64,000 nt of DNA from Eledone cirrhosa (lineage: Eukaryota): contig OZ024741.1 in assembly GCA_964016885.1 (NCBI GenBank), positions 338,210,001-338,274,000 of the forward strand, in the 5' to 3' direction. Positions 55,580-64,000 of the stretch are shown here, piece after piece (position 1 is the first letter of the stretch; each line of letters begins with the position of its first letter). The notes under the pieces were generated by a model. It was given only the letters and a program-made list of their open reading frames with translations, was not told the DNA's origin and did no database searches. The translations under genes and the position numbers were made by a program.

Positions 55580-58500
55580 ATAAAATAAAATAAATAAGTC
55601 AAATGTTTAAAATTTGGCTTCGTTTATTACTGCTATATATATTTCGGTGACAGCCATCTTTGGCTGTGACCTCTTCAGACAGTCCGAATTAGTGTGGTAG
55701 AGACGAGTACACATGTTGTTGAGGTGTATAACTTTGTCAATACTCTGATATGCCCAGTTCCTGGTTGGGTTGTTATTTCACTGAGGAACTGGAATCATAT
55801 GAATTTAAACAAACGAATTTCAGAGTCAAAGGGCCTCGTCTCCTCTCATTGGTCAGTTGTTAGAACATTCCTCAGTCAAAAGTCTATAGAAATTCGTTCT
55901 GAGGCAAGCCAATCTGTAGTTGTTCTTGTTATTGTTAGGTACATCTGACCTCTATTCTTATGTTGGTAGTGGTGTTGTTGGAGTCAGCTAAAAAAATGAT
56001 AAAGTGGTAGAAGGAATAAGATGGTAAAGGAACAAAATAAAATAAGATTTGTAAGGTTACTCTTCCCATTGGTCAGTTTTGAGAGCATTCCTCAGTCCAA
56101 AGTCTATAGAAATTCTTTCTGGGGTGAGGCTCCCTGTAGTGTTTGTGTTTGCTATTGTTAAGTACATCTGACCTCTACCCTTATTTTGGTAGAGTTGTTG
56201 TGGTCAGCTTATGTCTTGTTGCTGCTGACAATTTAGAAGTATCTGTGTGTGTGTTTCTTCATCCCTCCTGCCACCATCTCCCGTGGTGGTGGTATGGGGC
56301 GGGGTCTGCCATGTATATGAAGAAATAGAAGGCAATAAAATGAAGAAAACAGAAAATAAATAATAAATAGAGAATAAATGAAAAATTAATGAAAAAGTAA
56401 GGAAAAATGAAAATGAAAAGTAAAAAATAAAAATGAAGATTCAAATAAAATAAGATAAAATGTGTGTGCGCTATAAGCAATCTCAAGGTCAGAAATATGT
56501 TGGATAAAGTGGTAGGAGAAGCAAGATTGTAAAAGAATAAAACGAAATAGGATAATCAAATAAAATGTGTGTGTGTTATAACCAATCTCAACTTAAATAT
56601 AAATATAAGGTGATAAAGTGAAGAAAACAGAAAACAAATAAATGAATAATGAGAAATCAAAAATGAAAAATCAAAAATCAAGTAAATTAAAATGTGTGTG
56701 TGTTATAAAGATGTTAGCCAAATTATAAAGGCTGTGTCAGAATCAATCTCTAGTCTATCATGGTGTCTGCTCAGCCTGGGTTGGTCCCTATGGCTTGAGG
56801 GGTGTTCACAACCTATGGTGTTATTACTGCCCATATAGCTTGAGGGAGGTCTGGCCGAGAGGTGTCTACATGTTCTGGAGAAGTCCCTATAGCTTGAGGG
56901 GAGTTCACATCTTATTGTGTTGCTACTGTCCATATATCTTGAGGAAGGTCCCGGCCCTGAGGTGTCTGCATGTCCCGAAGAAGTCGGTTCTGAGGTTTAT
57001 CAGGCCGCTTCCACCTCTTAGATCCTCGAGGGTCTCGTTCAGACATAGTTTGCATATGCAAGATCCCCCTTTATCGGGTGGTACTTTCCTGATTATGGAC
57101 CAGGCCAGAGAGTAGGGGTCCTGTCCAGCTTAAGCTTCCAGATCAGGTCGGAGAGAGCCGTACTTTTCCTTTTGGCCTCCTTATTGAAGGAATGGCGATG
57201 GTTATACCAGGGATCTTTAAAGCTCGTTGATGTGGATCCTATGTAGAGGTGTTTGGAGTTGTGGGGTTTTAACCCTACAACCGTATACTAGGTTGTTCTT
57301 AAGGCATTCATTACCAAGGGGGCATGATTCGGGGTTTCTGCAGTTGCAGAGGGTGGTCGACCTCTGCGTGCCTAGGTTGGGGTTCCCGTTAGGGGTTACA
57401 TGGTGGTCTTCCCCCAGGAATAGTGGGGGGTCCCCGGGTCTGTTTGGGTTTCTTGAGTGGGCATTGGGTCCCCCCTTCTCTCCTTTCACATGGTTCTGCT
57501 GAGTGCTTGTATTGCCATCTTCTGGTTTTGTGTGCTTTTTAAGCCTACTCCTGTTGATGCTAGCTATGTGTTGGGCCAGATTTCTCGTGGTGGAATACGA
57601 GAGCTTCACAGTGTGTCTGTTGAAGATCTTGTGGTATCTATGGTCCCTCGGGAAGCATTTATCAAGTGCTCCAAAGAATGATCGGGCCACGCTGTTCTTT
57701 AGGGCCGCTGAGTAGGGTTGGTTGTACCACGTGATTTTTCTGTGTCTCCTCCTATATGTGTGGGTCGGGGGCGACGTGAGTTGGAGATTTGTTGGGTTGC
57801 TGGGGATTCCCGCATTGTTGCATCCCCTTTGGGCGCTATGAGTTTTGCTATCTTCACGGCCCGAATCTGTGGGGTGATCGTTGCCCGCGCTGGGAGATCT
57901 ACCGTGGAGTGGTCACCCCCCCCCCCCCCCCCAGGTGTCCTACGGTTGGGGTCGTTGGGCCTGGGGTGGTTAGCATCACCTCTGAGACTGCTACTCATAT
58001 TGGGTTTCATCTCATGGTTAAGCGTACTCGTCACCAACGCCCGTGTGGTGGTGTCGGGCTCATGGTGCCTATTTGTTTCTGTTCTACCTGTATTGTTTGG
58101 GTTCGCTTCCCCCCGGACAACGCGGGTGTGGGTGTCCGTTGGGCCATCCCCATCCCGGTGTTTCGGACTATATATTATATTTTGGCCATGTGCCGCCTTA
58201 TTTAGAGCTGCGTTGTAATATTCCGCGTTGTTATCGAAGATTTCCTTACTTGCGGACAGGCTGGAGATCCTGTCCGAGACACTCTTCACCACTGCCTTGG
58301 TTATGGATCTAGGGTGGTTTGACTTGGCGTTAACATACACGAGTTTCTCGTTGGGCTTGTGGTAGGGGTAGTATTGTTCGGTGTTCAGGTTTAGGGTGGT
58401 GTCTAGGAAGTTAACTACCTTTCTATTTGGGTCTAGTTCTATACTGAGCCCCTGGTTCTTGAAAAAATGGCGAATACGCCTCCTCATTCCCTCCAACATA
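55580..58500 (-). mobile_element. Naiad-type Penelope-like element, 5'-truncated (RT thumb, linker, GIY-YIG, long 3' UTR with hammerhead)
   Basis: VVNFLDTTLNL..YYPYHKPN..YVNAKSNHP; KIFNRHTVKLSYS; CNCRNPESCPLGNECLKNNLVY (CxCx5C); YIGSTSTSFK..WYNHRHSF; CKLCLNE; CRH. Stop near 56924. Confidence 0.88.
55629..55683 (-). ncRNA. Complete type I hammerhead ribozyme
   Basis: Minus strand ACUGU-CUGAAGA-GGUCACAGCCA AAGA UGGCUGUCACC-GAAA-U AUAU A-UA-GCAGU then AAUAAA. Core intact, stems I and II pair, AUA cleavage triplet. Confidence 0.85.
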
Positions 58501-58512
58501 TTGTACTACCTA

Positions 58513-58552
<40 letters not shown>

Positions 58553-58606
58553 GGAAAAAATGAAACGAAATTTCATTTCCCACTCTTAGTACGGCTGTTA
58601 CTTAAA

Positions 58607-58935
58607 TATAAGTATGTACACGTACATACATATATGTATACAGACGCACAGTAGTATGTATATATATATATACATACATGCACACATATATATATGTACG
58701 TATGGATTCACCGAACATTTATTATAATGCTCGGTGTGTTTGTAAACAAACATCCCGTATTTAGCCGTAGTGTCCAGCAACCATCGTTGCTCGTTTGTTC
58801 AACACTGACAAAGGGACGCTGTACTAGTTTCAAGCTTATTAACACGTACATATATATATGTGTGCATGTATGTATATATATATACATACTACTGTGCCTC
58901 TGTATACATATATGTATGTACGTGTACATACTTAT
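58607..58935. repeat. ~90-bp inverted repeat around a ~140-bp spacer
   Basis: TATAAGTATGTACACGTACATAC..CACAGTAGTATG..GTACGT vs ACGTAC..CATACTACTGTG..GTATGTACGTGTACATACTTATA. Confidence 0.8.
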
Positions 58936-58950
58936 ATATATATATATATA

Positions 58951-59098
58951 TAGCGAAGGAAGTGTGGTAAGGAACCAGGTGGACCTTAACGCACCAGATA
59001 CTTAGGGTAGTAGAGTGGGTAATAGGAAAATAGTCAGGACCCCGACGGCTGAGCTCCGGCCGTTTCGATAGCTAAATCTGAACTAACCCATTACTGGG
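58951..59098 (-). mobile_element. Half-hammerhead mini-element
   Basis: Minus strand TAGTTCAGATTTAGCTATC-GAAAC-GGC CGGAGCTCA GCC-GTC-GGGG plus the family tail. Confidence 0.7.
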
Positions 59099-59369
59099 TA
59101 TATATATATATATCGTATATATACATACATAAACATGTTATTTACAGTTGTATAAAAAAGAAGTATAATTGTTTCTACTTTTGGCACAAGGCCAGCAATT
59201 ATCCCAGTACATTACTGGTACTTCATTATATAAAATATATATAATACGACATTCCTCTCTCTTTCTTACTCTGTCTTTTAAGATAGATACATAGCTATAA
59301 CGTCGCGCCCTTGTAATATGTCTGTATGTCTGCCTGTCTGCATTGACTTCGCTTCTAGCCAACTTTCAA

Positions 59370-59431
<62 letters not shown>

Positions 59432-59434
<3 letters not shown>

Positions 59435-60873
59435 GGTGTGATATCACAGCCGGCAATAAGGAGTACTCATATATAGGTGCGACATCTACTACGTTTAATG
59501 AGCGCTGGTATAACCACAGAAGCTCCTTCAAACATAGACTGAAACGACCCCAAACCAGACTGGCCGATTTGATCTGGGACCTCAAGGACAGGAATATTGA
59601 ACCCCAGATCTCGTGGTCAGTGAAAAGACGCGTGGCACAACTACCCAGTGACAGAAACCACTGCAGATTATGCCTGGCTGAGGCGGCGGAAATAATTAAA
59701 TTAAAATCCGCCATAAACTATAGGTCGGACATAATTGTCAATTGCAGACACACCAGGCTGAACACCTTTTCCGCACAAACATTCGGGGGTGAGGCACGCA
59801 CTAACTATGACCCACCATAATAATAACCACCTCTGCTCCGTATCACCATCACCCATCTCAGCGAATTTATTAATTTTATTTTATTTTATCTTATTTTATT
59901 GTATTGTATGTAACCATTTGTAAGCCCGTATTTTCTATATCATGCCGCATACATCACCCCCACCAAAAATCACACTAACCATGACCCAGCATAATAATAA
60001 CCACCTCTGCCCCGTCTAACCATCGCCCATCTCAGCGAATTTATTTTATTGTACTGCATGTAACCATTTCTAAGCCCGTATTTTGTATATCATGCCGCAT
60101 ACATCACCCCCATCAAAAATCACATCGCCATACACCCCTCATCCTTGCAACATTGTGTTCGATCGGTCTTCTATGATAGGTTTTACCTTACAATCCATAG
60201 TAACATCGGATCTTGTAAATACAATGTCGATCATATCACACCATCTCCACCACCACCACACCACACATCGTCATATGTCTACCATACACACTCGCAACCT
60301 TATCCCCCCCCCCCCGCCACCATGTTCCCTCTGTCTACCCTAACCTACAACCCCACGCTAAATTCGACCCTGTAAATGTACTGTCGCGCACACACAACCA
60401 CCGCCACGACTAGATACATCCACATACTTCAACAATCATTAACATCATTAACATCATCAACACATATCATCCCTCACTGCCAGATCGACTGTATTATATC
60501 CTCCCCCTCCCATCTGCCTTACCCTGTAACACACCGTAACTTCTGATTATGTAATCATTTTGTCGAACATATCACCCCTGCACCACCACCACCACTATGA
60601 CCACAACACACATCGCCATACGTCCATAAACTCTTCTCCCCCGCGTTCCCTATGTCACCTTTTAACCTGTAACCCATCGCACTATTCGATCCTGTATATT
60701 TTTGTCGCTCACAATTCCACCACCACCACCACAAGACACAACTCCATACTTCATCAACACCGCCAACACATACCTCCCAAACCAACGCAAGTGTGTGTGT
60801 CGGTGTGTAAGTATTTTTTACATATACGGGCGTATAAATATGCGTGCGTGTACGCATATATATATATGTGTGC

Positions 60874-60936
<63 letters not shown>

Positions 60937-61975
60937 GGTGAATCTGTGTGTATGTGTATATGTGTGCGTATATGTGCATGTATGTGTATGTGTGTGTGTG
61001 TGTGTGTGTCTGTGTATATGTGTGTATATATATATGTGTGTGTATACGCGTGTGTGTGTGTATGTGTATGATTATGTATACGTGTGTGTGCGTGTATGTG
61101 CGCATATCCGTATGTGTGTATGAGTGTATGTATGTGTATGTATATATGTATAACACCTTCTCCATTGCCTCTCACCTTCCTTCCATCTTTGTCCTTCGCC
61201 ACCCCCACCGATACTCCCCCACTCTCCTTATATGTGTACGCATGCGCGCATGCACATACATGTGTGTATATATGCATATGGCTGTGTATGTGTGTGTGTG
61301 GATATGTGTGGGCGAGGGTGTGTGTATGTGTTTCGTGTGTTTATACATCAATATATATGCGCATATATACATATGTTTGCGTGTATACATATATACAACG
61401 TATTTGTCAGACGAAGAGCGTCTAGCTATGTATCTCCGTTAGGACTCGACACCACCAACACATCCACCATACCACCACAAACGCCACTACCATAAACAAC
61501 AACACCACAGCCACACCCTCACACACGACAACCCGTCTACTGACAACCCACTAACCTCATACTACAGCCCATCCCAGTAAGCGACCATAACCACCATCAT
61601 ATCATCACATCCACCCCCACATACACTACAGGCCAAGGCGAACCCGCCGCCACCACACCACAGCCCATCTCATCCACCGACCGTCACCAACATCTCACCA
61701 TCACATCCACCCCCATATACACTACAAGCCAGTACATCCCCTTGATCCTGCTCACCAATCAAAACAACTCATTTTGTCAAACTCTTGAAACTCTGACTTT
61801 ACCACATAGCATGTATTTCATTTTCTTATAGCATTTTAAAAAGGTCCGTCGAGCCGCCGATTATTGAGTCGGGTAGGATCGATACAGATCGAACCTTGAG
61901 CTGATCAGTGGCGAAACGCGCATCACCTATCAATACATGCAATGAAGGCGTAATCAATCGTCCTTGTTATCCTTT

Positions 61976-61980
<5 letters not shown>
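59432..61980 (+). mobile_element. Second Naiad-type PLE 3' fragment (GIY-YIG C-terminus + long 3' UTR)
   Basis: YIGATSTTFNERWYNHRSSF..LADLIWDLKD..ISWSV..CRLCLAE..INYRSDIIVNCRH, stop at 59820. Degenerate hammerhead near the 3' end. (TA)n at both ends. Confidence 0.8.
61842..61928 (+). ncRNA. Degenerate hammerhead with long branched stem II
   Basis: AGGT-CCGTCGA-GCCGCCGATT...GATCAGTGGC-GAAAC GCGC ATC-ACCT. Core differs from CUGANGA at two positions. Confidence 0.45.
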
Positions 61981-62008
<28 letters not shown>

Positions 62009-62355
62009 TTTACATATATATATACGTACACATACATATACGTGTTTTGCAACTGGTCACTTTGTGGCTCAATGAAAAATTAATAAATTAAACAATCAGA
62101 GCTATATATCATAAAACATGTCTATAGAATCACAAGATAAAATATATACTATTTCCTCTCCCAATTAGCATAATTAACTATATAAAAAATCGAATAGACC
62201 AGGCTATACGAATGAGGCTTCTATGAAGGAATCTCCGACAAATAACCAAAACTAGCGCTTCGCGTCAGCCGTAGCGGAATATTTATCGAATATTTCGACA
62301 GCGTAATCGCCTAGATACAGTCAACTAAGCAGAATTAGGTTTAAAATAAACTATA

Positions 62356-62405
<50 letters not shown>

Positions 62406-62409
62406 GTGT

Positions 62410-62879
<470 letters not shown>

Positions 62880-62982
62880 ACACACACACAAATATCACAG
62901 GGACCACCAAAATGTATAGGCAGGCTCACACACACATTTTATGAGCAAAGATACGTTCGTTTGTGTGTGTGTCAGTGACGTT

Positions 62983-63081
<99 letters not shown>

Positions 63082-63739
63082 AGTGAAGATACGTGTGTTT
63101 GTGTGTGTCAGGCAAGATACGTGTGTTTGTGTTTATTGATGGAGATAGATGCGTTTGTGTGTGTGTGTGAGTCAGTGAAGTTACGTGTGTTTGTGTGTGT
63201 GCGTCAGTGAAGATATGTGTCGATGTGCGTGCGTGTCAGTGAAATTACGTGTGTGTGTGTGTGCGTCAGTAAAGATACGTGTATGTGTGTACGTGTTACT
63301 GTGATACTTCTTTGGTGTTCCACAAGAGTCTAGAATACACTTAAAATATAAAAGCATAATATTGTTGGGATCAAAATATCAGTTGAAGTTTAACCACATT
63401 GTGTTAGTCTATATATAAAGTCGTTTTACATCAGCCTTAGAAAGTTAAACAAAGTTAGGTGATACTAACTACAACACAAACGCACTTTGCCACAAAAAGT
63501 CAGAGCTGTGTGGTGTTATCAAAGTGAGGTAATACTAATAAACACAATAACACACTGAGCTCCAATGATTCTAACCTTCCGACTACAATGACATCTTAAA
63601 GGAGGTAAATTTCACCATTGATTTAGATCTCTTTGGTAGAGATATTCACGTAACTTTCATGCATTTCTCATTTAATCTCCATTTTAGCTTTCAAAAATGA
63701 CGTCAAGGAGAAAAAAATTGTGACTGTCCACAAGCTCTT

Positions 63740-64000
63740 CAGACGTTGCTAACAAGGCAAGAAGGGTGAGAGAACCCACATTTTGATTTGGTTACATAAT
63801 ATCCTTTGGTCAAATCATAGATGATTCATGGGCCCAGTGGTTCAACTAATCTATCCTTCCTATGCATGAAGGCTGATAAGTGTACTAAGAAACTCAAACT
63901 GGAGAAGATGGCTACTCCCTTTACAGGAGAAGAAAACCTGGGCATGGTGGATTAACTTCGAAAAGAATAGAGAAATTTGAAAGAATACATCAGTGACAAT
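63740..64000 (+). mobile_element. Degenerate Helitron Rep (HUH endonuclease) fragment, open at window end
   Basis: THILIWL (cf. PHAHILIWL motif 2), MIHGPSGSTNLSFLCMKADKCTKK (cf. MIHGPCG..NP.SPCM..KCTK), TGEDGY..YRRRKPGHGG. Confidence 0.8.

Noticed and set aside
56924-59820. Selenoprotein-type Naiad (UGA at conserved Cys, SECIS)
   Set aside because: The conserved Cys positions I could read (CNC..C, CxLC, CRH) use normal Cys codons in both fragments.

Overview
Eukaryotic, repeat-saturated window. The SINE family, AT/CA microsatellites and TTAGGG repeats suggest an invertebrate animal, probably an Octopus-like cephalopod (inference). Positions 1-25.66 kb are one 43/44-bp tandem satellite with kilobase-scale higher-order duplications, running directly into a decayed R4/Dong-type (RLE) non-LTR retrotransposon. 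The remaining 38 kb is nested transposon debris: tRNA-derived SINEs, L1/Tx1-like and CR1/L2-like LINE ends, one near-full-length and one truncated Neptune-type Penelope-like element (PLE), two Naiad-type PLE fragments, a decayed Gypsy LTR element, a Tigger/pogo derivative, Helitron ends and a Helitron Rep fragment. A ~6-kb tandem duplication (28.7-40.7 kb) copies the only convincing host exon, which encodes a signal peptide and ends at a phase-1 GTAAGT donor. Highlights: (i) a dense set of PLE-associated hammerhead ribozyme motifs, including one complete canonical motif, one type with a 30-nt insert that can mask the cleavage site, and a family of half-hammerhead mini-elements in (TA)n; (ii) a 358-bp fold-back element with an 8-bp TSD whose centre is a head-to-head (TTAGGG)n/(CCCTAA)n junction; (iii) hints that the satellite monomer derives from the adjacent RT gene. 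Most ORFs in the supplied track are microsatellite artefacts. All coordinates and alignments were read by eye.
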